From positions 2,752 through 66,751 of the forward strand of contig CAYHPR010000004.1 in NCBI GenBank assembly GCA_964358895.1: 64,000 bases of DNA. Reading direction: 5' to 3'. Shown here one piece after another: positions 18,185 through 27,871 of the stretch. The notes beneath the pieces were generated by a model. The model was given only the letters and a program-made list of their open reading frames with translations, had not been told where the DNA came from and did no database searches. Position 1 is the stretch's first letter. Every line of letters begins with the position of its first letter. This DNA comes from Candidatus Micrarchaeota archaeon. GTDB lineage: Archaea; Micrarchaeota; Micrarchaeia; CABMEP01. The translations under genes and the position numbers were made by a program.

Positions 18185-20578
18185 TCAGAATATAATCTTT
18201 GTTTCTGGACCATAGGAAATCTTCTTTATCTTGTGCATCGTCTTAAAATCCTTCTCGACATCTGCAAATTTTTCATGAATAATTGCTTCCATAAAACCAT
18301 CTTTAAGAGATAGGCCCTTGTCCTTCTTAGCTTTCCAAATTATGCTATTAAGCTCTTCGAGCTCAGAGCTAACAAACTTTATCTCGTACTTCTCAGCCAT
18401 TTTTGGAAATATTTCTTTATGAATGTCGTTTTCATAAATATCCTTATACAATTTGTATGTTACAAAAGGTATTACAGGAGCAAGAAGCTTTAGGAGGGTT
18501 TTAAGGATGTAATGAAGCGTATAAAGTCCCGAATTCTGCTCATCTGGAGTAAATGCACCCTCGGGATTGTACACTCTGTCCTTCACCATTTCAAGATAAT
18601 GCGATGCAAAGGTTTCCCAGATAAAATGACGAAGTTTAATTACGGGATTATGAAAATCATAATTCTCATAATCGTGCCTTGTTGTTTCAATAAGACCGTT
18701 TAATTCCTGAATAATCCATTTATCAGTATCTGTTAACTTGATTGTATCTTTACGTTTAGGCTCTGGAAACATTGAAACAAATTTTGCAATGTTCCACAGT
18801 TTGGAAATTGTTTTTCCTGACGTGCTTATCCTATCGATAGAACATCTGAAATCCTGCTCAGTTAAGTTTCCTTCTGCAGCTGCCCAGAATCTGAATGATT
18901 CAGCTCCATGTTGGTCCAGAATATTTTTTGGATCCATAACATTACCAAGTGACTTTGACATTTTTTCTCCTTTTGCGTCTACAATATGGTAATTGATCCA
19001 AGCGTCCCGGAATATCTGCTTGCCAGTCAAAAGATAACACTTGAGCAACGTGTAGTATAACCAGGTCCTAACAATCTCTTTGCCTTGCGGCCTTAACGTA
19101 CAGAATTCTTGGCCGTCGAAAAATTTCTGATTTCTTTCGTAACCCAGTATGTATAAAGGAGTTATAGATGAATCAAACCACGTATCGAAAACACGTCCCT
19201 CTCCTCTAAATTTATCATGTCCACATTTAGGACATGTCTTAACTGGAGGGGCGTCCTTCCATGGTTGATAGTATTTACCCTTCGTCGGAACAATTATGTG
19301 ATTACATTTTTCACAGTACCACAAAGGCACTTCCGTAGCATAATATCGTCTTCGGGAAATAGGCCAATCAATCGAAATACCGTTAATCCAATCTTTCAGA
19401 ATCTTGCGGCTTTCTGGCGAAAAGAAATTAAGTTGATCTGCCATCTCAAGCATCTTTTCTTTATTATCAAGTTGTTTTACATAGAATTCTTTCATAGCAA
19501 TGAATTCTATCGGATCTTTTGATCTCTCACAGATTGGTGTTCGGTGTGCAAACTGCTGCTGATTTCTTAGAAGATTTGCTTCTTTAAGAAGTTCGATTAT
19601 CTTTTCTCTCCCTTTCTTTACATACAACCCGGCAAGGGGGCCTGAATTTTCATTAAGTTTTCCAGTTGCATCAATCAAAAATACAGGAGTAAGCTTCAGT
19701 TCTCTGAAAAATCGGATATCCGTCAAATCTCCGAATGAACACATCATCACAAGACCTGTTCCCTTCTCAGGATCTGCATAAGGATGCGCCATAATTGGAA
19801 CTTCCTTGTTGTAAATAGGAAGGACTGCGTGTTTGCCCTGAAGCTTTTGATAACGAAAATCTTCAGGATTGAAAATAACCATCTGACAAGCGCCTAAAAG
19901 TTCAGGACGAGTGGTTGCAATAATAAGTTCTTCTCCAGTCTCCTTAACTTTGAAAACAATATCATTGAAAACTGTTGAATGCTCCGCGTATTCCACCTCA
20001 GCATCCGCAATAGTTGTCTTACAACCAGGACAATAATTATTTGTTCTTTCATCCTCGTAAATCAATCCTTTATTCCACAAATCAATAAATGTTGACTGCG
20101 TAAGAGACCTGTATTCTGGAGAATCAGTCATGTATGCATCTCCTATTTTATTTCCGAATTCCCAAGAACTAAAGGAAATTCCTGAACGTAGAAATGTTTC
20201 TGTAGATGCGATACTGCTCTCTTCTAGAACTTGCTTACAGAGCTGGAGAAATTTCTCACGATCGACTTCATTAAATTTAATTTTAAATTTTTTCTCAGCA
20301 GCAACTTCTATTGGAAGCCCGTTTCTATCAAGTCCAAGAGGAAAAATAACATTGTAACCAAGCATTCTGTGAAAGCGGGCAAACATATCCATCAGAATAT
20401 ACGTTGTAGCTTGTCCTATGTGGATAGGTGCATTAACATAAGGCGGAGGAGTGTCGATTGAAAAAACAGGTTTGCCACTACCGGTATCAAATTGATATTC
20501 TTTGTTTGCCTTCCACACGTCATAGATTTGTTTTTCAAAATCTTTTGACCATGCCTTTTCAGTTACTTTTGCATCCAA
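18185..20578 (-). CDS. valS: Class Ia aminoacyl-tRNA synthetase, most likely valyl-tRNA synthetase
   Basis: HIGH-like region PPPYVNAPIHIGQATTY. KMSKS present (GEKMSKSLGNVMDP). CP/editing region (TTRPELLGACQMVIF) and zinc-knuckle cysteines. The 797 aa length fits ValRS better than IleRS or LeuRS; family membership is certain, exact specificity is not. Confidence 0.5.
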   Translation of the reverse strand: MDAKVTEKAWSKDFEKQIYDVWKANKEYQFDTGSGKPVFSIDTPPPYVNAPIHIGQATTYILMDMFARFHRMLGYNVIFPLGLDRNGLPIEVAAEKKFKIKFNEVDREKFLQLCKQVLEESSIASTETFLRSGISFSSWEFGNKIGDAYMTDSPEYRSLTQSTFIDLWNKGLIYEDERTNNYCPGCKTTIADAEVEYAEHSTVFNDIVFKVKETGEELIIATTRPELLGACQMVIFNPEDFRYQKLQGKHAVLPIYNKEVPIMAHPYADPEKGTGLVMMCSFGDLTDIRFFRELKLTPVFLIDATGKLNENSGPLAGLYVKKGREKIIELLKEANLLRNQQQFAHRTPICERSKDPIEFIAMKEFYVKQLDNKEKMLEMADQLNFFSPESRKILKDWINGISIDWPISRRRYYATEVPLWYCEKCNHIIVPTKGKYYQPWKDAPPVKTCPKCGHDKFRGEGRVFDTWFDSSITPLYILGYERNQKFFDGQEFCTLRPQGKEIVRTWLYYTLLKCYLLTGKQIFRDAWINYHIVDAKGEKMSKSLGNVMDPKNILDQHGAESFRFWAAAEGNLTEQDFRCSIDRISTSGKTISKLWNIAKFVSMFPEPKRKDTIKLTDTDKWIIQELNGLIETTRHDYENYDFHNPVIKLRHFIWETFASHYLEMVKDRVYNPEGAFTPDEQNSGLYTLHYILKTLLKLLAPVIPFVTYKLYKDIYENDIHKEIFPKMAEKYEIKFVSSELEELNSIIWKAKKDKGLSLKDGFMEAIIHEKFADVEKDFKTMHKIKKISYGPETKIIF

Positions 20579-20744
20579 TACATCACCAGCTATTATGACC
20601 GTCTCTTGAATATCTCTTGAACATACTTTTTAAGCCAAAATTATTAACCAAATCGTAAAAAGCGAATACATTTATAGGTGGAAAGCTTTATAAATAAGTT
20701 ATTGTTGATTATATTAGAAGTTACAGAGAATAGAGATTGATAAA

Positions 20745-21503
20745 ATGGACGCAGTCCTGACAGACCTTGAAGGAGTAGTAAGAGACTCCAAGAACGCGTT
20801 TCATCACGCGTACGAGCACTCATTAGGATCAGTAGGGCTACGTCTTGTTTCATATCCTGACGAAACATGGAAACTTAAGGGATACCAAGAATTCAACAGT
20901 ACAAAATCTTTTCTTAAAGCACTTTACTCAATAGCTAAGAACGGCGAAGATCTCACGCGTGTATTCTGGAAAAAATATCCGACGGAGTATGTTAACGAAT
21001 TGATAAAGAAAAATGGGCCGAATAAGGAAGTTATGGAAAAACTTGAGAACAGCTACAAACGTTACGTTCTCTCTCCGCGTGTGCTTAGGAGAATTCCGCC
21101 AGTAAGAGCTGGAAAGATTGGTGTTAAACTGCTAAGAGAAGACGGTTATAAAGTAGGGGCCGTGACGAACTCACCGGCAGATTACAATTCTGCTTGGATA
21201 GCTCATAAAAAATTGACAAAACATTTCGATGTAATGATAACTGCTGAGGACGTAGGTGCGCCAAAACCTGCACCAGACTCAATACTTAAAGCATGTTCAA
21301 AGTTGGGCGTTAAACCTAAGAATGCTGTATACGCAGGGGACACCGAAGCAGACATAATAGCTGCCAAAAGTGCAGGACTAATACCGATAGGCATAATGTC
21401 AGGCGGGACTGAACGAAGAATGCTAAAAGAACTAGGGGCTGCATATGTTTTCAAAAATCTGACAGAATTTGCACTTTGGGTAAGACACGGCGGAAAGATA
21501 TAA
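20745..21503 (+). CDS. HAD-superfamily hydrolase (phosphatase-like)
   Basis: Motif I-like LTDLEGVV near the N-terminus. Motif IV YAGDTEADIIAAKSAG (GDxxxD). Confidence 0.6.
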   Translation: MDAVLTDLEGVVRDSKNAFHHAYEHSLGSVGLRLVSYPDETWKLKGYQEFNSTKSFLKALYSIAKNGEDLTRVFWKKYPTEYVNELIKKNGPNKEVMEKLENSYKRYVLSPRVLRRIPPVRAGKIGVKLLREDGYKVGAVTNSPADYNSAWIAHKKLTKHFDVMITAEDVGAPKPAPDSILKACSKLGVKPKNAVYAGDTEADIIAAKSAGLIPIGIMSGGTERRMLKELGAAYVFKNLTEFALWVRHGGKI

Positions 21504-21574
21504 ATAAAAAAATTAGTGAGATATAATTATTAGGCATTTAAATATTTACAAAAAACAGTTATTAGGCGAGTTTT

Positions 21575-22144
21575 ATGGGACACGGAGTAGGCACAACAAT
21601 AGATAGAAGAGATACAGTTAAAGGAAGAAGAAAGGAGGACAAACATAAAATAAGAAACCTTTTCATCGCAGGTTCTGCTCTTTTAATCGTAGGGCCGCTT
21701 AGTTTGTACCCGATGAGTAGCGTTTATAAAAAGATTAAACAGGAAAAAGAGCTAAATGATGCAGCAATAATCCTAAAGCACCATGGACTTGAAAAAGCAG
21801 GATACTGGCTAACCAACGACCCATACGAATTGACGCTTACAGAAAAAAGATGGATAAATAACGTATGGGAAAAATTTGGTATCGATCCTGGCCAGATTTA
21901 TAATATGATAATAAAATATCAATTTGAATGGGAAAGAAACCAAGCATTTGAAGAGGCTATGGAAACATTAAGTTTAGATTCGCCTATGCTAAAAGCTATG
22001 TTGTATTTGGAGAACGTACGATTGGATCCTGTATTAAAATCGATAAAGAAAAAAATCAATGAGAGATACCAAAAAGATGAAAAAAGGATCAAAGCTACAA
22101 ACGGGAATTTATTAACTGAACGAACCCTGAATAATAAACTTTAA
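21575..22144 (+). CDS. Hypothetical protein with N-terminal TM segment
   Basis: Hydrophobic segment LFIAGSALLIVGPLSLYP; the rest is charged and helical. No recognised motifs. Confidence 0.35.
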   Translation: MGHGVGTTIDRRDTVKGRRKEDKHKIRNLFIAGSALLIVGPLSLYPMSSVYKKIKQEKELNDAAIILKHHGLEKAGYWLTNDPYELTLTEKRWINNVWEKFGIDPGQIYNMIIKYQFEWERNQAFEEAMETLSLDSPMLKAMLYLENVRLDPVLKSIKKKINERYQKDEKRIKATNGNLLTERTLNNKL

Positions 22145-22255
22145 ATACATTACATTCGATACACAGTGTAGTAAAGATCTGTTTGTTTTACTACTAATTA
22201 CGCTTAAAAATTCTTTAATAAAATTTGCAATTTTCAAATTTTATGAGGTGGGAGA

Positions 22256-23887
22256 ATGAGTAATGGAGTAATGCCAGAAGGCACTAATAGAGCACTTGGA
22301 AGAGATGTACAACGAATCAATATCGCTGTCGGCAGAGCCGTAGGCGAAATTGTAAGAAAAACGCTAGGTCCAAGAGGAAGCGATGTTATGCTCGTAAGCG
22401 AAATGGGTGACATCGTAATCACAAATGATGGAGCGACTATTCTTACTGAAATGAATGCAGAGCATCCAGCAGCAAAAATCATGGTCGAAGTGGCAAAGAC
22501 CCAAGATAAGGAAGTAGGTGATGGAACAACTACTTCAGTTGTTCTTGCAGGTGAATTGCTGAAAGGTTCAGAAGATTTGCTAGACAAAAATATCCACCCT
22601 TCAACAATTATCCGAGGATACAAACTGGCAGCAAGCAGATCACTTGAGACGATAAAGAAGATCGCAAAGAAAGTAGCCGTTAGCGATACTAAGACTCTTG
22701 AAAAGATAGCCGCTGTTTCAATGGGATCTAAATCAGTTGGAGTTGGCGAATCCAAAGATAAGTTAGCTGCAATAGTTGTTGGCGCAGTTAATCAAGTTGC
22801 CGAAAAGAAAGGCGATAGGATAATTATTGATCAAGATCTCATCAAGATCGAAAAGAAATCCGGTGGCAATATCGATGACACAAGCTTAATTCAAGGTGTG
22901 TTAATCGATAAAGAAATTGTTCATCCGGCAATGCCGAAAATAGTTAAGGGTGCGAAGATTGTACTTCTTGATACCGCACTAGAAATTGAAAAAACTGAAA
23001 CGGATGCAAAAATTGAGATCACGAGACCAGATCAACTATCAGCATTCCTTGATCAAGAAGAAAAAATGATTAAGGAAATGGTTGACAAGGTTGTAGCAAG
23101 CGGTGCAACAGTCGTATTCTGTCAGAAAGGAATTGACGACGTAGCACAGCACTATTTATCTAAGAAGAAAATTGTTGCTGCAAGACGAGTCAAAAGATCG
23201 GATATGGAGAAACTCGCACGAGCAACAGGTGGACGTATCGTAACTCTACTTAACGACCTCTCAGAAAAGGATCTTGGATTTGCTGGTCAAGTTGAAGAAA
23301 GAAAGGTTGCAGGAGAATCAATGATCTTTGTTGAACAATGTAAAGATCCAAAGTCTGTAACCATTCTCGTACGCGCATCGACTGATCACGTCGTTAACGA
23401 AGGCGAGAGAGCAATAAAGGATGGACTTGGAGCTGTATCGTCAGCAGTTGAAGAAGGACTCTATGTATTTGGTGGAGGGTCTGTCGAAATTGAATTGGCG
23501 CATGATCTGCGTGACTTTGCAACTAAAACTGGCGGAAGAGAGCAGCTAGCAATAATCGCATTTGCTGAAGCGCTAGAAGCTATACCGAGAACGCTTGCTG
23601 AAAGCACAGGTATGGATCCAATCGATACGCTCGTATCGCTAAGAACGAAGCACAAGACAAAAGATGGCCTCGCACAGGGTGTAAATGTTTACGAAGCAAA
23701 GATCGATGACATGGAAAAAGAAGGCGTTGTTGAACCTGCAAAAGTAAAGCAGCAAGCAATTATGTCAGCAAGTGAAGCAGTTGAAATGCTTCTAAGAATA
23801 AGCGACATGATTTCAGCCAGACCGAGACCGGCTAGCGGTGGCGGACATCCAGGAATGCCACCAGGAATGGGCGGCGGAGAATACTAA
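22256..23887 (+). CDS. thsA: Thermosome subunit (group II chaperonin)
   Basis: [10 protein letters not shown]...[24 protein letters not shown], and a C-terminal GGM-rich tail ([16 protein letters not shown]) typical of thermosomes. 543 aa. Confidence 0.9.
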   Translation: MSNGVMPEGTNRALGRDVQRINIAVGRAVGEIVRKTLGPRGSDVMLVSEMGDIVITNDGATILTEMNAEHPAAKIMVEVAKTQDKEVGDGTTTSVVLAGELLKGSEDLLDKNIHPSTIIRGYKLAASRSLETIKKIAKKVAVSDTKTLEKIAAVSMGSKSVGVGESKDKLAAIVVGAVNQVAEKKGDRIIIDQDLIKIEKKSGGNIDDTSLIQGVLIDKEIVHPAMPKIVKGAKIVLLDTALEIEKTETDAKIEITRPDQLSAFLDQEEKMIKEMVDKVVASGATVVFCQKGIDDVAQHYLSKKKIVAARRVKRSDMEKLARATGGRIVTLLNDLSEKDLGFAGQVEERKVAGESMIFVEQCKDPKSVTILVRASTDHVVNEGERAIKDGLGAVSSAVEEGLYVFGGGSVEIELAHDLRDFATKTGGREQLAIIAFAEALEAIPRTLAESTGMDPIDTLVSLRTKHKTKDGLAQGVNVYEAKIDDMEKEGVVEPAKVKQQAIMSASEAVEMLLRISDMISARPRPASGGGHPGMPPGMGGGEY

Positions 23888-23895
23888 CTCGCAGG

Positions 23896-24585
23896 TTAGA
23901 ATCTTCTTCGTGGTTTTCCTTTTTCTTCACCTAGCATGCCAGCGTAATAGCTGGTTACAGTTTCATCCCATAGCAATAGGCATGCTTCTCTTATGATGTC
24001 GTAAAGATTGTGATAAACAATTTTATTCAGCAGTTCTCTGTTGCCTGTTTGTTTGTACTCATACCAGATAGGTGGAATATCTTTTCCCATCGCCTCAATC
24101 TCGATTCCAAAATATTTGTGAGGCAACGAAACAAGTTCTTCGGCTCTTGGCCATTTTGGATCGTTCCATAATGGACGCTGACAGAATTGACACACATTTT
24201 CCTCGTTATTCTTAACCCACCTATGAACATAACACCACTTGTGACCTTCCTTCTTTGTACCACCAGCAATCTTTTTCCAGTTGTCAAAAAGATCAATGTC
24301 GAATTTAGTGTTAAGCCATTTCTCCTCGAAAGAAGCATTGTACGCATAAAACGGCCTTGGTAAAAATTTCATGGTTTCGATTACTGACTGTTTAAATTTA
24401 TCCGCCGAATCTTTGTCTGTTTTTGCTAGCTGACAGACTTTGGCAACACCTGAAGTAAAATATCCGAATGTAAGAATATCGCCATCTTGCGGCTCAAGTG
24501 CTGAAGTTTCTAGATCAATGATAGTACCTGGAAAAAGAATAGTAAACTTCCACTCATCACAAAATCCATAGTCTGTTTCTTCCAT
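23896..24585 (-). CDS. Predicted RNase H-like/DEDD-type exonuclease-domain protein with Cys cluster
   Basis: N-terminal IIDLETSALEPQDGDILTFGYF resembles the DEDD exonuclease Exo I motif (DxETTGL). A CxxC pair is present (CYVHRW...CQFCQRP). Confidence 0.35.
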   Translation of the reverse strand: MEETDYGFCDEWKFTILFPGTIIDLETSALEPQDGDILTFGYFTSGVAKVCQLAKTDKDSADKFKQSVIETMKFLPRPFYAYNASFEEKWLNTKFDIDLFDNWKKIAGGTKKEGHKWCYVHRWVKNNEENVCQFCQRPLWNDPKWPRAEELVSLPHKYFGIEIEAMGKDIPPIWYEYKQTGNRELLNKIVYHNLYDIIREACLLLWDETVTSYYAGMLGEEKGKPRRRF

Positions 24586-24604
24586 TTTCCCAACATTTCA
24601 AATT

Positions 24605-25285
24605 TCAGCCGACAGTTGTTCCGATAAACTTTCTTCCATGTAGAATCTCGTCTAAATTTTCCATGTTCTTACCGTTTGCGATGATAACTTTAAGCTTCAG
24701 CTTTTCAGCCAGCTTTGACGCAATCGGATCAAATGGAACATTTGCACCTGGATCCCATTTTGTACCGACGATCTTTCTAAATTCTTTCCAATTAATTGCC
24801 TTTATCGGTCTTGCATCTGGATACTTCTTTGGATTTTTGTTATAAACATAATCCACATTTGACAAATTAATCAATTGAGTAACTCTGAAGTTTTTAGCAA
24901 GTAAAACTGCATCGTAATCTGTTGAAGATCCAGGTTTCCAACCAGCTGCAACCACAACTCTCTCTTTATCTTTAAGCTTTAATTTTTCAGTTGGATTATG
25001 AATGACTATCGGATGAGCTATATTCTTAAAAATAATCTTAATTAACTGAGCATTCAAACGGGTGGAATGTATGCCTATCCAATCTAGATCCTCAGATCCC
25101 AGCTTCATAACACCTGATGCAGCTTCCTGATATCGACGTGCAGTCTTCCCACCACCGCAGATTATGATAAATCGGCTCTCTTTTATGTGGTTTAGAATAA
25201 TCTCTCTGAATCGTTTAAGAAAATTTACATCAACCTTATCTGGAACAATCAGCGATCCTCCCAGCGAAATAATATAAGTGTGCAT
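24605..25285 (-). CDS. pyrH: UMP kinase (archaeal type)
   Basis: MHTYIISLGGSLIVPDKVD...IIICGGGKTARRYQEA is the amino-acid kinase fold signature. 226 aa matches archaeal PyrH. Confidence 0.75.
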   Translation of the reverse strand: MHTYIISLGGSLIVPDKVDVNFLKRFREIILNHIKESRFIIICGGGKTARRYQEAASGVMKLGSEDLDWIGIHSTRLNAQLIKIIFKNIAHPIVIHNPTEKLKLKDKERVVVAAGWKPGSSTDYDAVLLAKNFRVTQLINLSNVDYVYNKNPKKYPDARPIKAINWKEFRKIVGTKWDPGANVPFDPIASKLAEKLKLKVIIANGKNMENLDEILHGRKFIGTTVG

Positions 25286-25380
25286 GACTAGATTTGGATT
25301 GGGTTTTAATATAGTTTCTTCACAACTGCTGAAGTGATGGAAAAGGAATATTTAAATAGTAGTTTTGGATAGTTATAGTT

Positions 25381-25836
25381 ATGGAAATAGTCACTATGGG
25401 GAGTTACAAAGATCTTTGGAAAGAAAGAATTACGAAAGTAAACAACTGCTACAATTATTTTTCAACTAAAATGAAAACTCTAAAAAACAATCTTTATGAA
25501 AAGGAACCAAAAACTTCGAAGATTTTTCATGCGTCAGTAGCTTTTGCGAATGGTGCGATGGTAAGCACAGGTTTACTTTATTGGTTATTCAAACCTGAGA
25601 GCAGAGACTTCAACAAAGTTGCAATAACCTCTGCAGTAGTTTTTGGAATAGCGAATCTTTCAAGGAATCTCTTTATCGAGAAAGAACAGAATAAAAAAGA
25701 TATGAACTCTTTTCTTAAAGGCGTTCCCTTTGGCGCAATTCCTACTTATGTATTAATTGGACTTTCCTTAGAAAGCACAGTTGTTGGATTAACTACGGGT
25801 TTAATTTCCGTATTAATAACGAGAAAATTACACTAG
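25381..25836 (+). CDS. Hypothetical small membrane protein
   Basis: 3-4 predicted TM helices (AMVSTGLLYWLF, VAITSAVVFGIANL, IPTYVLIGLSL...VVGLTTGLISVLI). Confidence 0.35.
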   Translation: MEIVTMGSYKDLWKERITKVNNCYNYFSTKMKTLKNNLYEKEPKTSKIFHASVAFANGAMVSTGLLYWLFKPESRDFNKVAITSAVVFGIANLSRNLFIEKEQNKKDMNSFLKGVPFGAIPTYVLIGLSLESTVVGLTTGLISVLITRKLH

Positions 25837-25840
25837 AATG

Positions 25841-26515
25841 TCAAGGAACAAGTCTAATGTTGCCTGCTTGAGCATTCCTTATCCTTCTAATAATTTCTTC
25901 AGCATTAGCTGTACCGATCTGTCCTTGTATCGCTCGTATAGCTTCTTCTCTTTGGTTTTGTTCTATGTTGCTTGGGTCTAACTCTGAAGTTTGCAAAGCT
26001 GTCTGGATTGCAGAGATTCTTAAAGCGCCTACCGAAATATTTTGAACTGCAGCTTCAGCAGGTGGCCGTCCAACTGGTTCATTTTCCCTGCGTTGCAGTT
26101 GTAATCCTTCGGTTTTAACTGGATGTTCTTCTTGAGTGTGAGTTCTGCTTTTGGCAACAGCCTCAGCATAAACTGGATCGTTTTTCATATGGATCTCTTC
26201 AACAGATTTATGCAAGTTATCTAGTCCATTAATTAAAATTTCTAACTTTTTGCCGTCCGTAATTTTTTCTAATTTGCTCAACCCAGATAATTTCCCTGAA
26301 AGCTCTATCTTTTTATTCGTTATAATAGTAGTTACATTGCTCAGGGCCGGGATATTGTTAACCTGCTTGGCAAGTTTGATGTAATCCATTGAAAGTTTAG
26401 AAATTTTTTCTAAACCTTCAGCATCAGTCTTATTAAGATCAGATTGTATTTGATTAAGCTGTTTGTATAACTCCTCGATTGATTTCGGTCCAATCATGGT
26501 TTGCGGATCTGCCAT
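25841..26515 (-). CDS. Hypothetical protein (coiled-coil, Q/E-rich C-terminal half)
   Basis: No catalytic motifs. A TATA-like GTATAAAAA lies about 25 nt upstream of the start. Confidence 0.35.
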   Translation of the reverse strand: MADPQTMIGPKSIEELYKQLNQIQSDLNKTDAEGLEKISKLSMDYIKLAKQVNNIPALSNVTTIITNKKIELSGKLSGLSKLEKITDGKKLEILINGLDNLHKSVEEIHMKNDPVYAEAVAKSRTHTQEEHPVKTEGLQLQRRENEPVGRPPAEAAVQNISVGALRISAIQTALQTSELDPSNIEQNQREEAIRAIQGQIGTANAEEIIRRIRNAQAGNIRLVP

Positions 26516-26582
26516 ATATCTAATAGTTTTTCATCATTTTTATACTTTTCCATCGAATAGAAATTAACAGAGTAGAGATAGT

Positions 26583-27869
26583 ATGTTAGACATAAAACTT
26601 ATTCGAACACAACCCGAAGTTGTCAAAGAGGCGATGAAGAACAGAGGCCAGGATATCGACATTGACACTTTTCTGAATATCGACAGAAAGAAAAGAGACT
26701 TGATGATTGAAAGCGACAAGATACGTGCAAAAAGAAACATGATTGAAAAGGATATCGCACGAATGAAAAAAGGATTACCCTGCGAGAGTGGTTTCTGCAC
26801 AAACGAGCAGCAGGCAATGGCTGCCATGAAAGATCTGTCGAAACGGATAGAAGAAAGTGAAGTTGAGTTAAAGCAGCTGGAGGAACAGACTGACCTGCTT
26901 CTCTATACGATGCCAAACATACCTCACGAAAGCGTCCCAGTTGGGAAGAAGGATGAATCGATCGAGGTACGCAAGAATGGAACGCCTCAAAAGACTTCAA
27001 AGGATGTTAAAGCGCATTGGGAGATTGGACCTCAACTTGGGCTTATTGATTTTGAACGCGGAGTTAAGCTTGCAGGACACCGATTTACGGTGCTGTGGGA
27101 CGATGCTGCAGCGCTTGAGAGAGCGCTTGTTAATTTCATGCTTGATACCGCCAAATCGCGGGGTTATCGAGAAGCATGGGTCCCTTACATAGTTAATGAG
27201 AAAACAATGACTGGAACAGGTCAGTTGCCGAAGTTTGCTGCTGAGCTTTACAATATACGCGAGGATCACGGAAACATGTGGCTAATTCCAACTGGAGAAG
27301 TACCACTGACAAACTTACACTCGGGAGAAGTACTGAAAGAAAAAGATCTACCGATTAAATATACTGCATACACTCCATGCTTCCGCCGCGAAGCTGGGGA
27401 ATATGGCAAGGATATCAAAGGATTCTTACGCCAGCATCAATTTGACAAAGTTGAACTTGTCAAATTTGCAACACCTGAACAATCTTATGAAGAACTGGAG
27501 AAGCTGGTAACGGATGCGGAAGAAGTTTTGAAGCTTCTTGATCTTCCTTACAAAGTTGTTGAACTGACAACTGGAGATTTAGGATTTGCATCAACTAAAA
27601 CGTATGATATTGAAGTGTGGGTCCCTTCTCAGGATAAATACCGCGAAATTTCTTCTTGTTCCAATTGTGGAACCTTCCAGGCCCGCCGTGCAAATATTAA
27701 GTATTGGAAAGCTGGAAAGCCTGAATTCGTACACACTTTGAATGGATCCGGACTTGCAGTTGGCAGGACCTTGATAGCTATTTTTGAAAACTACCAACAG
27801 GACGACGGAAGTATTAAAGTTCCAGACGTGCTGACTAAGTATATGAACAAATCAGTGATAGGTCGGTAG
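26583..27869 (+). CDS. serS: Seryl-tRNA synthetase
   Basis: MLDIKLIRTQPEVVKEAMKNRG N-terminal coiled-coil arm. Class II motifs (FRRE..., GSGLAVGRTLIAIFENYQ). 428 aa. Confidence 0.9.
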   Translation: MLDIKLIRTQPEVVKEAMKNRGQDIDIDTFLNIDRKKRDLMIESDKIRAKRNMIEKDIARMKKGLPCESGFCTNEQQAMAAMKDLSKRIEESEVELKQLEEQTDLLLYTMPNIPHESVPVGKKDESIEVRKNGTPQKTSKDVKAHWEIGPQLGLIDFERGVKLAGHRFTVLWDDAAALERALVNFMLDTAKSRGYREAWVPYIVNEKTMTGTGQLPKFAAELYNIREDHGNMWLIPTGEVPLTNLHSGEVLKEKDLPIKYTAYTPCFRREAGEYGKDIKGFLRQHQFDKVELVKFATPEQSYEELEKLVTDAEEVLKLLDLPYKVVELTTGDLGFASTKTYDIEVWVPSQDKYREISSCSNCGTFQARRANIKYWKAGKPEFVHTLNGSGLAVGRTLIAIFENYQQDDGSIKVPDVLTKYMNKSVIGR

Positions 27870-27871
27870 CA

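Noticed and set aside
18185-20578. Calling the class I aaRS as IleRS or LeuRS
   Set aside because: HGLPIE-like and KMSKSLGN motifs are shared by Ile/Val/Leu enzymes, but 797 aa is too short for typical IleRS/LeuRS. ValRS is the most parsimonious call; specificity remains unproven.
26530-26565. Candidate C/D box sRNA (ATGATGA on minus strand upstream of 25841..26515)
   Set aside because: No matching D box (CUGA) or terminal stem at appropriate spacing. The motif coincides with a TATA-like GTATAAAAATGATG promoter element about 25 nt upstream of the ORF start.
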